This document shows positions 48,246 through 62,450 of a stretch of DNA of 64,000 nucleotides, piece by piece. This stretch comes from Cetorhinus maximus. Its lineage: Eukaryota. The notes under the pieces were generated by a model. The model did not search any database, was not told the DNA's origin, and saw only the letters and a program-made list of their open reading frames with translations. The translations under genes and the position numbers were made by a program. The stretch spans positions 37,138,001-37,202,000 of the forward strand of contig NC_135887.1 of NCBI RefSeq assembly GCF_964194155.1. The letters run 5' to 3'. Position 1 is the stretch's first letter. Each line of letters starts with the position of its first letter.

Positions 48246-51200
48246 GTTTTATTTGAAGGGATGTTAGAAGATACTTTCCAAATCATGGAGATTACGAGAT
48301 ATATTGAGGAATGGTCATGTGCAGACTGCGTTTTAGGTGGGACGTCAGGTTCGTCATCCATCAAGTTTGCTGTTTACAGTATATCCTAAGACTAATCTCA
48401 ATTTCTGTGACCTAATACTAATACCAGAGTTACACCCTCAACCGATACACCCAACAACTCCAGGGAACAATCATCTATTTATAATGCAAAAACCGAACAC
48501 CAAATGCTGGATATCTAAAATAAAAACTAAAAATGTTGGAAATAGTAGGTTAAGATCGCTAAAGAGAAAAGATGAGGTACAGCCTATTAAATTTGCAGTT
48601 TTCTATTCATTTTTTTTTACAAATTTAAATTTTTTTTTTACCCAAATAAAAACTGCTTTCAACCATTTTTTAAACCCAAATTCAACAAAATATAAATTTA
48701 GACATGGGCACACCAGAATTCGAGACCATCAGTAAGAGTAGTTCTTGTCGGAGATATAGAGGTGAATTTCTGCTTATACTGCCAAATGGAAAATGAGCAC
48801 CATAGTGAATCAGCAGCCCATTTTACACACTGTCCAATTGTCACTTCCATTGAAACAAAATTAAACTGGAAAACGAGTTGACAGATTCACTACCACCAGC
48901 ATTGAAAATGAAAGTTCACCTCCATAAACCTCAGCTTGTCGGCTTTGATGGCTGGAAAAGAATCCAAGACAGAATTCAAGGAACAGCAGGAATCGGCCAA
49001 AATATGAATTACCTGGTTATTTGCTATTTTAAGGCCCTACAGTGCACACATTGGCTGTAGCGACTGCACTTCATAACTAATTCAATGAGGTGTTTGGAGG
49101 TGTGAACGATACTTCAAAATGAAAAAAAAATCTTTATTTCCCCACATTTTACACTGTACACTGGCCTACTCTTGACCATAGGAACACAGACAAAAGAAGA
49201 TCAAGGTCCATCTGGTTTACCTTCTGATATCTTGATAGTCACACGATGCAACCAAACAGGAGCTATTGACTAATCATAGCAATCAATCTTTATCTTTAGT
49301 CTGTAACAGAGCCAGGCATGTTGCAAGGAATATTCCAGTGGAGGAGCGTATAGAGAACCAGAGGTCCAAAGTCACCTTTCTGGTGTCTTTCTGGAGTGAG
49401 CCTTGAACTCCCAACATACTGAATGGACAAAAAATATCTTTGCTGACAATCATTTGGACCACTCTCAGAATCATATTTGAGTCAATTCCTTTGTACTGAT
49501 TTTACATACCTGCCATTAGTACAAAACTACATTTGCAACTTTGTCATTCTGCCCCAGACCTTTTCTGGGTGCTAGGCAATGACCGTACCTGAATGAGGAG
49601 TACGAAGTCAAATCAGACATCTGGGTCCACACAGAGATTTCATCTCCCCACAAATCAATCTCGAAACTTCTATCAAAGACCTAACCACTATCTCTGATGA
49701 ATTGGAGGAAGATCACTCAGAAGGCAGAAGAAAATAAGAAAATAAACATTTGCATTAATATGAAGCTTTACACAACCTCAGGATGCCCCACAGCCAATTA
49801 ATTATTTTAAAAATACAGTCTCCTAGCAATGTAGGAAGCACAGTAGCCAACTTGCACACAACAAATTTTCACAAACAGCAATGAGTCAATAATCAGGACA
49901 TCTATGTTTATTCACCACACCTTCTGATGCTGTGCGTTGCATTCATTCTGCCCTCTGATTGTTAGTCTGCAATATCCTTATACTGCAATCTATTTCTGTT
50001 TAGGCACTGTACCCACTCTGCCTTCTGACTGCAATTCTGTGGTGTGTCCACTTATTTTTCAATTGTTATTCTACAGTCTCGCTCACACACATATCTTGTC
50101 CAAACAGCCCTGTGAAAATTCTCATGTAAATTCTGTGGGCTGTACATACATAAGCTCTGTGTGAATCTGAAATTTTACTGAATGGTAAAGACAAAGTTAA
50201 GTAACCAGCCAGTGTCAGTGTTGGATCTGTTTGAGCTGCAGGTAGTCACTATGCTGCATAATGGCACTGAAGCTTAGTTCTTAACCCTTTATTTAATTGA
50301 GCTACACCTGAGTAGCTGTCACCTGCAAACTAGAAAAGACAGGATAAACTCAGGGAAACTTTGTGCTATCAATTAACCTCAACACATTTAGTTTATAGGA
50401 AAGATGTTTGTCCTCCTGTCAGTAAGCATGTCAACACTCACCACCAATGATGGTAAATGTATAATAACCATTTGGATAGAGTACTGGAGGGTAGCCAGCC
50501 TGTATTCCCCAGGCTAGGTTCCCAGAAACACCTGCTGAAGGAAAGAGGGGAGGAGCAATATTAATGAGAAAAGAAAACCTTATCACCAAGGGAGTACAGA
50601 ATTTGATAGGGCTGTCAACAGTCTGAATTAATACTTAAGTATTCAATATGTGCTGGTATGTGACCTTGTGTGTTTACATATGTATCTGTGTTATTGTAAT
50701 TCAATGACTCCATCACTGCCAAAGACACAAGACCTCCCAATAACATTAAAAGAACATTGAAATAATTCAGGAACAGCATGGAATGAGAAAAGGTTATTCT
50801 GGTTATTTAACCAAGTCCTTCCATTAAACCATACTGAAATCTACCCTATCATGGACCCTACTCAAAGCACCAACTCCTGAGGGATACAATTGGTGACATG
50901 TAAATCCCCAAAGGGTGGAATTCTGTAATTTCAATAACTAACATGTCAACACACCTATATGAAATTCCTCTGGTATTTTAAAGAAGCATTAATCTGTTTA
51001 AAATAGCTACGATCATACACTGAGAAATTTTCCATCAAACTCCTCCCCCATAGACAGTCAAGTAAAGTTAAGCCACACGTTGCAGCTAATTTTTGAAACT
51101 CTGACTTGTATACAAGAAGTTGTGTTCAAAAATAGTCTCATGGTCCCGGCAGGGCAGTGCCATGTCCCTCTGCTTTGTTTCTCACTGCATCTAGTAACAT

Positions 51201-52499
51201 ATTCTGCAGAACTATACCAAAAAGCAATAGTTTTGTTTTTTGTTACATTTGCCTTTTTGGTTCCTATATTTCTGACTATCCTCATAGCTGTGCCCTACCT
51301 CTCTATATCCCAAAGATTATTATTAGTTGCTCTGATATCTAGATCAAATTTATAGCATGTCCAGATAATGACCAGTTTATTTCAGCTACAATTTCTATTC
51401 AATTATTTTATAGATTCTTCTATCTCAGAAGGTGACAAGATTTTGGCTTAGGTTCAAACTGACGGAAAAAAAATTACACAGCAAATGAACTAATGAATTA
51501 AAGCAACAATACACCTTTTTATCAGTGCAGTTATTTTAGTTAGCTTCTCATGTAGTAAAAATAATAAATAATTAATAACTACTGCCCTAAGTTAATATAA
51601 AAGTAATTTTCTCACATGTGGTTCTTCCTTTCCACCATCTACAGCAATCTGCCTAATTAACTCTCTTTGAAGGTTTCATGGACTCACTGGTACAAAACAG
51701 TGATCAGGACACAGTGAACTTAAATAACTGTTGTCAAATTCAAAAGAATCTGCAAATCAAAGACCTATTTGAGTAAATCACATAAGATGTTTGTATTTAA
51801 ATTGAATTATTTACTCCTCCCTTTGGCGACAACCTGACAGTAACCAACTTGTAGCAAATTCAGTGAAGCTGTTTTGACTCCTTTATATACTGTGAAAGAA
51901 TTAAAAAAGGTAATATCAAGTTAAATCTTACACAAACTATTTCATTTTTGTCACTGTTATCTGCAGTATTGAATGAGGTTTATTTTAAGTCATCAGCTGC
52001 AATATTGGAGGAAACATTATTCAGAATTGCCCCTGCTTCACTTCACCTTAATCATTAGCTCAATTCTTGCTCTCTATCTCCTCTGAATCCACCACCCTTT
52101 TATCCTATCTCCATCAGTGAGATCTCACGTTTTACAATCTAACCTTCCCTGTCCACATTCTTGGCAACTGCTCATCATCTCATGGTACCCATAGTCTCAA
52201 TAACCAAAACCTATCTTTGACTGCTTTCTCATCACTTTTCCTTCCCATGTCCTTGTTTCCTTGTACAGTCCCAATAATTTGACCTATCAATGAAAAAAAC
52301 AGGACTCCTGCAGTCACGTTGTTACATCCCCCACTTCTGGTTCTCCCCTCACTAAACGTTTTTTGCTGCAGTTGATCTGTTAAACCAAGCGGTGAACTCT
52401 ACTTTTGATGTCTTTATTCCCAGTAGACTATCAAAGTCTGCCATCTCTGCCATTCCCCCCCCCGATACAGCTCCCATCTTTGCTTCCTCAAAGACAAGC

Positions 52500-53900
52500 T
52501 CAGATTGTGTTCTGTGTTAACAGGGTGGGTTGGCAAGAGAAGTCATTGTAGGAAATGCTCTGGCCACACTTGGATAGATGGGAATGGAATCAGCAATAAG
52601 GATTATGCAAAGAACAACATAGGATGGTGTAATTTATTATGCCAAAGGCTGCAATGAGGTCAAGGAGAGATCAAGCACCGTGCCCACAGTCATGCAAGTT
52701 ATTATTTGCGACTTTGTTTAGGGCTGTTTCGATACTGTGGAAGGTTGAACCCAGACTGGAGAGATTCAAATTGGGAATTATGGGAAAGATGGCTAATGGC
52801 TGGGTGACAATGACATGCTCAAGGACCTCAGAGAAGAAAAGGGGGTTGGAGATGGGACAATGATTGGTGAATCAGCTGAACAGACAATCTCAATCTTAGT
52901 GACAAAGAAGCCCATGAACACATTGCACTTGTTCTTGGAGGTGAGAATGAACTGAACAGGAGAGAGAATCACAGAATCACAGAGGAGTTTAAGCATATAG
53001 TTGGTAGCAGGGAAAAGAAGCTGGGGCTGTCTTTGCATTGCAGAGTGATCCTGGAATAGTGAGCAGTTTTAAAGAGAAGAACATAGCCTAATAAATCTTG
53101 ATGTGAATCAGACAAATCTAGTGATGCATGGCTAAACCAGTTCTGTGTCAGAGATGTTCAAGTTTGCACCTGCTGGACTTGAGGGAGCAAAGATAAAGTT
53201 GGGTGGGAAAGAATTTTACAGGGACAAGGGCCTTGAATGTAGAGGGGAGGGAGTGAAAGAGCAAATCAACAGCTGGATATATATTGTGGCAAATGGAGAA
53301 CCAAAGTCTAGACAGTTGGCAGCTTAAACATGTCATAAAACTTGGAGTCAACACAGAAGGAAGGGAGGTTGGAAGGGGTAATGGATGTGAATGGTGAGAG
53401 GTCAGAGATAGCATTGTCTATGATCGAGATGATGGAATTAGAGAAGCCATATGAGATGAAAAGGATGAGTGCGTAGCTATGAATATAGGCAGAAGAGTTT
53501 AAAGGAAGACAGGACAGAAGTGAAATCAGAGGTGAGACGACAATATGTTGAGATGGAGGTTGAAATCATTACGAGTGAGGAATCACATGGTGCAGAAGTT
53601 GAAAGAACAAAAGGTAAGGGGAAAAGCCACAGTGAGAATTAGTGATAAGGAAAACAGTGAGCTTTGTTGTGTGTGAATGAACATTCTGGGGGGAAATTGA
53701 AGAGTGGCAATGATTATTGAGTCTAGGAGGCCATATGTGGGTGGGTTAAGCAGGATATCAAGGAAGTTGACAAGATTAGACTCCAGCAGATGGCAAGAGC
53801 AGATGATAGAGTAGAACATTGCTGCTGATGCAGGGGCAAAGACAGGTGCCTCAATGATCTCTTTGGAAAATGGCAACAGCATCACAGAGAGCAGCTGTGG
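52500..53900 (-). mobile_element. Highly degenerate L2 ORF2 fragments
   Basis: Reversed acagccctaaacaaagtcgcaaataat and ttgatctcct..cattgcagcctttg (DL.AAFD-like); purine-rich plus strand. Confidence 0.5.
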
Positions 53901-54784
53901 GCTTATCCAAAGGTGTTTCAAGCCTGAGGCAGCAGCAGGAGAACAAGAAAGTTCGCCTACTCCTGCTCCAATTTCTTTCCCTTTGTATTTGTTTTCCAAA
54001 TATCTATCTGTGAAGAATCTTGAGATTGCCTTTGAGTTAAAGGTGTTGTATCCATCCTTCTTCTTCTTGTTTTTCTGTTTGTCGTTATGATTTTTTTTGT
54101 TCGGAAGGTGTGCACCAAGACCACAAGGCTCTTGGGCAATCTAGGTCTGAGAGTATAGAGACTGGATTGTATGAAGCAGGTCCAGGATCAGGTCCATCTT
54201 AGCATCAAGATCTAAGAAGGAATTTAGGATGGTCTCGACGAAGGGGATTGATCAGCCTTTACTTAGGCCTTTATTCAGCCTTCAGGAATTCTACAGATGC
54301 TGATATTTTTCCTTCACCAGTTTTGTGACTTCAGCGTACATTCCCTGATTTCACATGTATGTGCACATAATTGCTTCATATTCATGGTTACAACTTTGAA
54401 GCTTGTTTATGTGTTATTCTGTCTGTGTGCTTGCATCATAAAGTTCAGGAATCTGCGTTGTTGTGAAGTTCTCATTGTTGAGCTATGAAAAACCCATGAA
54501 TAAGGTATTGTGGTTGGGTGAGGTTGTTTCTTGCTCAAGAACTACGTCCTTGTTGTCTCTGTGGCTGTGGGTTGTTTGCAGGTTGGGCAACATTGGGTGC
54601 CCAAGAATTTATGCATTACAGGGTTCACTGGGGTAAATTATTTGTTGGATTAATTGTGCATCTGAATTTCCGCTTTGCACTGCCAGTAGAAAGACTTCCT
54701 CCTTCAGCACGAAGTAAAAAAGGTACCCCTTTACTGTCTTCTTTTCTTTCTCAACCATCGGATCAGCTGTTTTCTTTAACACTG

Positions 54785-55690
54785 AGCCTATCTTCAGCTG
54801 CTTCAATAACCTTCCCTCCATCATAAGGTCAAGTGGAGATGTTTGTTGATGATTGTGGTGTTCAGCATCATTCACAATTCCTCAGATACTGAAGCAGTCC
54901 GTGTCCATATTTAGCAAGATCTGAACAAGATTCAGGTTTTGACTGATAAATGGCAAGTAATATTTGCGCCATACCATTGCCAGGCAATGACCATCTCCAA
55001 CAAGAGAGAATCTAACTATCTGTCCTTAACATTCAATGGCATTACTATTCCCCCACTGTCAACATCCTGGGAGTTACCATTGACCAGAAACTTAACTGGA
55101 TTAGTCATGTAAACACTGTGGCTATAAGAGCAGGTCAGATGCTGAGAGTCTGTGGTGAGTAATTCACCTCCTGACTCCCCAAAGCTGGTCCACCATCTAC
55201 AAGGTATAAGTCAGGGGTGTGTTGGAATACTCTCCACTTGCCTGGTGAATGAACTCCGACAACACTCAAGGAACTCGTCATCATCCAGGACAAAGCAGCC
55301 GCTTGATTACCAACCCATCCACCATTTTAAATACTCACTCCCTCCACCACCAATGCACAGAGTCTGCAATGAGTACCATATACATTCACTGCAGCAACTC
55401 ACCAAGCCTCCTTCGGCAACACCTTTGAAACCCATGACTTCTACCGCTTAGAAGGACAAGGGCAGCAGATGCATGGGAACACCACCATCTGCAAGTTCCC
55501 CTCCAAGCCATATACCATCCTGACTTGGAACTATATCGCCATTCCTTCACTGTCCCTGGGTAAAAAATCTGGAATACCCTTCCTAACTGGACGGCAGTGA
55601 TTCAAGAAGGCACTCTGTCACTACCTTCTCAAGGGCAATTAGGGATGAGCAACAAATGATGCCTAAATCCCATGAAAGAATAAAAGAAAA
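54785..55690 (+). mobile_element. LINE 3' fragment, same family as 25870-28617
   Basis: FVDD, ILGVTIDQKL, EYSPLAW, IIQDKAA and the shared tail. Confidence 0.85.
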
Positions 55691-55719
55691 TATCTGAGAA
55701 CTGTTGCCAAAGACATCAC

Positions 55720-56290
55720 ACCTTGCAGCACTGGTTGCCATGACCTGCCAGCTGCCAAAGTCACTGTGGCCTTCTTCTGGCTCTTTCTGGGGGTCATCTG
55801 TGGACTTTAGTGGCATCTCACAAGCGGCTGCACACTACTGCATCTCACAGATCACTGGTGTCCTTTTCTGCCAGAACTGGACAGTGAAGCTATTTCACGG
55901 CCTTGCAGGGACAGGAGGGTTTTGGGTTTCGCCGCCATTACTGGATTCCCCTAGCCAGAGGACATCATTACCGGCACCCCTATGGCCATGAAAGCACCCA
56001 GCAGCCGGCCAGTCGGATCCACCAACAGGAAGGGCTTCCTTTCCCTCAGTGTTCAACTGGTCTGTGATGACAAGAAGAGCTTGCTCCATGTTTGTGCTCA
56101 CTTTCCTGGCAGTTGCTTAACTCCTTCATCCGCTGGCAGTCCAGGTGTTCTCAGATCTTCACTCCAACCCCCAAAGTGTGTAGATGGATCCTAGGGGATA
56201 AGAGAAATCCTTGAAGAGATGGTTAATGACCCCTCTATGCGTGCCCCAGTCAGAGGCACAGAGGCAATACGCCCAATAGCTCCTTTTTTG
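55720..56290 (+). pseudogene. PIF/Harbinger (HARBI1-like) DDE transposase remnant
   Basis: SGSFWGSSVDFSGISQAAAHYCISQIT; GFAAITGFP; NRKGFLSLSVQLVCD; AHFPGSC; WILGDK; WLMTPL. Confidence 0.85.
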
Positions 56291-56329
56291 GCAGTACATC
56301 CTCTGGCGAGTGTATGGCCTTTGTTGTCT

Positions 56330-56460
56330 TCTGAAAACTAGATCATCAACCTGAAATGTTAACTGTTTCCCTCTCCACAGAAGGTGCCTGACCTGCTGAG
56401 TATATTCAGCATTTTCCATTTTTATTTCAGATTTCCAGCATCTACAGTATTTTGCTTCTG
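56330..56460 (+). mobile_element. Short Penelope terminal-repeat insert
   Basis: ctgaaatgttaactgtttccctctccacag...gacctgctgag...agatttccagcatctacagtattttgc. Confidence 0.7.
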
Positions 56461-57384
56461 CTAAAATTGGTTTTCTCATCCTGACAGCAGGGTGAGAAAT
56501 CGGAGACCCACATTTCAATGAAGTCATGGTGACCTCCTCTCTGTGTTCCAATCCCCTTCCCCCAGTGCTGGGTGTTATCCTGGGGTTTAATAATGAAATT
56601 TGTGCTTCAAAGTTTCCCTTAATGCCTTGTTGCCTGTTTGCTTTCTTATTCTGTAATGACTCACTCTTGGGTGGCTGCTTCAAAGAAATCAATAAATAAC
56701 AATTTAGCAGTGGGATTGGAGCCTGAAATAGATGAAACTGGAACTGACAGAACCAGTCTGACAGGTCTGTGGCTGACAATGAGACTCTCAATGCCAAACA
56801 AAATAGAGCAGGTCAGAAAAACCTGGTATATTGACAACAACAACAGCAAAAGGCACTTACATAGAATGGCAGCATCCTCGTTCCGGGGGGAAGTGGGGTA
56901 GCAGGATGGAGTCAGGCCTCCCACCCCCAGATGCAGACTGAGGAGAAGACAGGGGAGTGGGACTGGCTTGAGTTAATTTTGCAGTGAGCCAGCAGGGACA
57001 TGACAGGCCAAATGACCACCATTAAATAATCCTATGTTTTTATTCAAAATAAAAACAGGTAATGCTGGGAACACTCAACAGGTCAGGCAGCAACTATGGA
57101 GTGAGTCAATGGCCAGAATCTTCCATTCTGGAGTCCAAGTTCAGTGGCGGGAGTGGAAGTCGGAGTGATTTCCGCTAGGGGGGCAGGATGGTTGACCATG
57201 TGCGATCTTGCGCCGGTCAGTTCATTACCTATGGGTCCATTGAATCTCATGGCGGGGGGTGGGCAGGATGTCACCATCACCTCCGTAGCTTTATGGGATC
57301 GAAAGTCCGGGCACCATATTTAAACAGGCACCTAGGCAGCCATTCACTCACTGCAGGCCAGGAGCTTCAGTCTGGCTACCATTA

Positions 57385-58430
57385 ATGTCCCAGAGATGAA
57401 AGCAACGTGCAGTCCCACGATTCAGCAAAGTCTCCCTGGAGATTCTCCTCCAGGCTGAGCAGGAAAGTGAGAGGTGCTGTTTACCCGAGGTGACAGCAGG
57501 AGGCCCTCCTGAATGAACATGGCGACCTGGACGGAGGTCACAGTGGAGGGTAGAACCCGTGGGGCCCAGTACAGAAACGCCCATCAGTGTCGAAAGAGGA
57601 TGAATGATCTGCATCTGCCAGGGCAGGTACACTGTCTACTCTCAATGCATACTCATAAGGGCATCAGGCAGTCTTAAGTGTGCAAGTGCACAGGAATGTC
57701 AGACAGGAGTTTGGGTCGCAGCACTCACCAGCACATGGTACATGTGCACTGAATGTGTGCCAGCCACTTCATGCTCTCAATCTTCTATCAGTTGCAGGAC
57801 ATCCTGCTAGTTAATCACTTACTGGGGAGGGCTCGGGTGCTGGCATAGGCATGCATGCGCCTAAACTGCTCATGCACCCATTGGGATGACAATCAATTCT
57901 GCTGTCTTTGTGCAGGAGAAGAAATCCCAAAACAAGCAGGAGCAGTCCAAGACTGGAGGCAGAATTCCAGACATTCGAGGGTTCACCCCTTTCGAGGAAC
58001 ATGTGCCAAGATAACTGTGAAGGAGCAGGACTGTGCCTGTGCTGAGGGTGAAATAGGTCTGCCCCAGGAAGTCAGTGAGGAAGACTCCAGTCTGCAGTTG
58101 TCAGATGCGCCCACAGGTTAACACATTGCTTTAATTAAGGAGCCTGCTTAGTCAATCACTAAATCTCTCTTCTCTATTCCAGGTACCAGCAAGAAAAGGG
58201 GGAGGCCAACAAGGGAGACCAGCCACAGAACCATCTCCAACCCCAACTCTGAAGAGGATGCCTCAGAATCCTCAGAGGATGCACTGTCACAGTGTTCACC
58301 TGCAGCCTCCACCAGCACAGAGACACTCACCTCGATTGGCGCAGGTTCTAGAGTAGGCTCGAGGTCACAATCTGGTATGTACATCACTGACACAGGTCTA
58401 CAGCTGGTGGAGGAAGTGACAGCAAGGAAA
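57385..58430 (+). pseudogene. Harbinger Myb/SANT-like DNA-binding ORF remnant with introns
   Basis: MSQR*KQRAVPRFSKVSLEILL; WTEVTVEG...QCRKRMNDL; GT donor 57627, AG acceptor 57915, next exon EKKSQNKQEQSKTGG; TIR-like ggccagaatcttcc at 57111. Confidence 0.75.
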
Positions 58431-58559
58431 CTGTAGATGCAGTTTCAGGGCTGAGAGAGAAGCTGTATACTCTTCTTAACAGCAGAAAACTAGAGACTGC
58501 TCTACATGTCTGGAGAAAGCTGTGGCGGGCACACCTAAATCATTAATGTCCTTCCTTGG

Positions 58560-59230
58560 TGATTTGTCATTTTGAGCTATTATGCAGGTGAAAGCTGCAA
58601 GTAAGGAGGCAACGGGCAAGTTAGCCTTGACCGCAAGAGGGATTGGGTGCAGGATTCAAGAGGTGTGTGTGCAGTTGACTGAAGTTGACCTCATAGAGAA
58701 TTGTTTAGCCTGCTTGTCTCCTTATCAAGGATGACAGTAGACCTTGCATAAAGGGTTTGCAACCAAAGTGCATCAGACCTCATTGACAGATCAGGGTCTT
58801 AGTTCATGAGGTGAGAGAGAATAGAATGGGCCTGTGCGCTGGACCATGCCGAGGAATGTTAGACTGTCCATGTGAAGCATCAGCAGCTCTAACAGGGCTC
58901 TACATGGTCCATGCAGGAAAGGTGCTTACCTTGGCTGGGGTGTCCACAATGACAGATCACAGTTTTGCACTGATGCTCAGCCCATCTAGGACTGAGGCTT
59001 GTAGGAGTCTCTGCGATTGGAGGGTCCAGGGTGGTTGCAACTCAGCAATCCATAGTGCAGATGAGGCACTCTGTGAGTGGACTCAAAAGTAATCTCAAAA
59101 CTTTTTGGCATGATAAAGATGTCAAGGGATATGGGTTTGCTGTGAGCGAGTGGCGATTGGGGGGCAAGAACACGATCTTCCCTGATCAATCTGCAGAGGG
59201 GTCATATGGTGTCCTCACGCTGCTCTTCCC
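58560..59230 (+). mobile_element. Very degenerate CR1 3' fragment
   Basis: gtaaggaggcaa..ttagccttga..caagagggattgg and gtcaagggatatgg follow CR1 3' order. Confidence 0.5.
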
Positions 59231-60559
59231 TGTGGACCCATATATCTGGTTCTGTCTGAAAGAACTCTCTGTAAGAGTCTGCCCCCCATTGGTAGAAGGT
59301 GTGAGGGTGACATGAGTACATCCCTGCCAAGGTAAGATTTGATATTGCTTCCAAGTTGCAATGCACATGGACTTTGAGGTCATGGGTAAAATCACAATTC
59401 TAATTACAAGTGCCTGAGGTCGTGGGAGAACAGAATGCTGTGCAGGTTCTAAAGCGCATTTACTGCCAAGCCTCTGTACATCAGCACCGTTTGGTGCATG
59501 CAAAAGATCAAGCCATCAGCAGGTCAGACAATAACCAGTGTAATTTAATTAAGCTATCATAAATCAAGGTACATTGGAGCAAAGTATAACGTCTGCAACC
59601 AAAAAGGAGCTGGGGCCTGCCAACCAGCAGAGGATAGAAAACCAAAGACTAAAGGAAATGTTTCGGCAGCTTATTCTGCCTGGAATTTGATAGCTATCAG
59701 ATTGTACAGGCCTCTCTGCCGCATTGTACCCCTGCTATGGCTTCTGCATGTGGATTGGCAACATTCTGGCCCTCGTCAGCTCCATCCCCTTCACCATCCT
59801 CATGATTGGAGGAGACATCTCAGTTCTCCATGTCTTCCTCAGCCAAGACATTCTGCCTTTTGTAGCACGAGGTTGTGCAGGGCGCAGCAGACAACAATGA
59901 TCCGGGACACTCTCTGTGGTGAATATTGGAGAGCCCCGCCTAAATGGTCCAAACATCAGGACCTCACCTTTAGGAGGCCTATTGTCTGCTCAATCATGGA
60001 TCTTGTGGAGGCATGTACAGCATTGTACCTTTCCTCAGCAGCGCTTTGTGGACGGTGAACTGGCATCATCAGCCAGGTCTTCTAAGGGTATCCCTTGTCC
60101 ACAATTGCCATGGTCCTTCAAAAACCCGTGGCACTTGGGAATGAAAGCATTGTGAGAGCGCACATTTCCATGCCTTCCTAAATGACAGTTTATCCTGTCT
60201 CTCAGAATTGCTTCCAATAATTTGCCCACAACTGAGGTCAGACTGACTGGCGTGTTATAATCTATCCCTCGCTCCCTTTTTAAACAAAGGTACAACGTGA
60301 ACAAACCTCTGTCTGGGATCCGAGCACAAACATGCAGAATTTACCTTCTGCGATCACATATGAGCTACATGTTCAAAGGTTTCTCTATTAATGAATGTGA
60401 CTGGCTATTGCCAGCGAGCTCTCAAGGCCAAATGTGCGCAGTCAATAGTGCCCTGCATTTGCAGGAAACCTGCGATTACTGCAAATTCCAATGCTCTTGC
60501 AGTCTGGCTGTCAGGATCCAAATGGAATTGGATAAATTGGTGCACTGTCCTGAAATCAT

Positions 60560-62020
60560 GGAATCATAGAAATTTTACAGCATATTACAAGGCCACTTGG
60601 CCCATTGTGTGTGCGCCAGCCAATAAACGAGCCACCCAGCCTAATCCCACTTTCCAGCATTTGGTCCATAGCCCTGCAGGTTATGGCACTTGAGGTGCAT
60701 GTCCAGACACCTTTTAAATTAATTGAGAGTTTGTGCCTCTACTACCCTTTCAGCCAGTGAGTTTCAGAGCCTCACAACCCTCTGGGAGAAAAAGTCTTTC
60801 CTCATCTCCTCTCTAATCTTTCTACCATTCACTTTAAATGTATGCCTCCTAATCACTGACCTTTCTGCTAAAGTAAATAGGTCCGTCCCATCCACTCTAT
60901 CCGGGCCCCTCACTATTTTGTACATCTCAATCAAATCTCCCCTCAACCTCCTGTGTTCCAAGGAGAACAACCCCAGCCTATCCAATCTTTCCTCATAGCT
61001 GCAATTTTCCAGTTCTGGCAACATCCTTGTAAATCTCCTAATGCAATTACGCCCTTTCTATAATGAGGTGATCAGAACTGCGCACAGTACTCAAGTTACG
61101 GCCTAACTAATGTTTTGTATAGTTTCAGCATAACCTCCCTGCTCTTATATTTATGCTTCAGCTCATAAATGAAAGGATTCCACATGCCTTCTTAACCACC
61201 TTATCAACCTGTCCTGCTACCTTCAGGGATCTGTGGACATTCACTCCAAGGTCTCTCACTTCCTCTGCACCTCTCAGTATTCTCCCATTTATTTTGTAAT
61301 CCTTTGCCTTGTTTGACCCCCCCAATTGCATGACTTCACACTTCTCTGGGTTGAATTCCATTTGCCACTTTTCTGCCCACCTGCTCAGTCCATTGAAATC
61401 TTCCTGCAGTCTACAGCAATTCTCCTCATTACCTACCGCACGTCCAATTTTTGGGTCATATGCAAACTTCTTGATCATTCGTCTTACATTTATGTCCAAA
61501 TTAATAAAACATACCACAAAAAGCATGCAACCTAGTACTGAGTTTTGCAGAACCCCACTGGAAACAGCCTTCCAGTCACAAAAACATTCATCAACAATTA
61601 CCCTTTGTTTCCTGCCACTGAGCCAATTTTGTATCCAGCTCACTACATTTACCTGGATCCCATGAGTTTTTATTATTTTAACCAGTCTGCCATGTGGGTC
61701 CTTGTCAATAGCCATGCAAAAATCCATATAGACCTTATCAACTGCACCACCCTCATCAATCCTCTTTGTTACTTCCTCAAAAAATCCAATCAAATTAGTC
61801 AGACATGACCTTCCCTTAACAAATCCATGCTGATGATTAATCCATGTCTTTGATTAATCCATGCCTTCCTAAATGACAGTTTATCCTGTCTCTCAGAATT
61901 GCTTCCAATAATTTGCCCACAACTGAGGTCAGACTGACTGGCGTGTTATAATCTATCCCTCGCTCCCTTTTTAAACAAAGGTACAACGTGAACAAACCTC
62001 CAATTCTCTGGCACCTATCA
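60560..62020 (-). mobile_element. CR1 LINE RT to 3' end
   Basis: PVSLTSVVGKLLE, VYMDF, WIQNWLSGRKQRV, WQMEFNPEKC, YEERLDRLGLFSLE. Confidence 0.9.
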
Positions 62021-62450
62021 AGGTGCATCTATCACTTCCCAGATGCACTTGCGTGTTGCTGACTTGGAGATGCCGCACAGGTCCCCAGTGGAGCCCTGGA
62101 CGGAGCCCCTGGCAATGGTGACCTTCAATGCCACTGGCATGGAAAGGGACCTTCAATGCCTCCAGCATGGGATTGCCTCCAAGTCCTTGTGGCCATAGCT
62201 CGCTGAGATGAAGCTGGCAGATGTGAGCAACCACATTCTGGGACATTCTAAGGTGCCTCCAGCATTGCCTTCCACTCATTTGTAGATAACTGCACCGCCT
62301 GCTATATACCTGTGTTCTGGCCAATGCCCGCCATTGCACTGGCCCCTAGTCACCAGCATCCTGACCTTCTTGAGGCCCTGCTGCCTCTTGTTGCTCAAGC
62401 CATTGCTCCTCTTGGTCCTTTCCCAACTTGCGATGGTCCTTCTTTCTCCT
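62020..62450 (-). pseudogene. Second Harbinger transposase remnant (N-terminal HTH part)
   Basis: VYSRRCSYLQMSGRQCWRHLRMS; MPVALKVT; QGSTGDLCGISKSATRKCIWEV. Confidence 0.8.

Noticed and set aside
51080-51355. Hydrophobic 91-aa ORF
   Set aside because: Non-ATG start, T-rich composition, no recognisable domain or splice support.
55720-56290. Possible domesticated HARBI1 gene
   Set aside because: Frameshifts, stops and damaged catalytic motifs; it is a transposon fossil.
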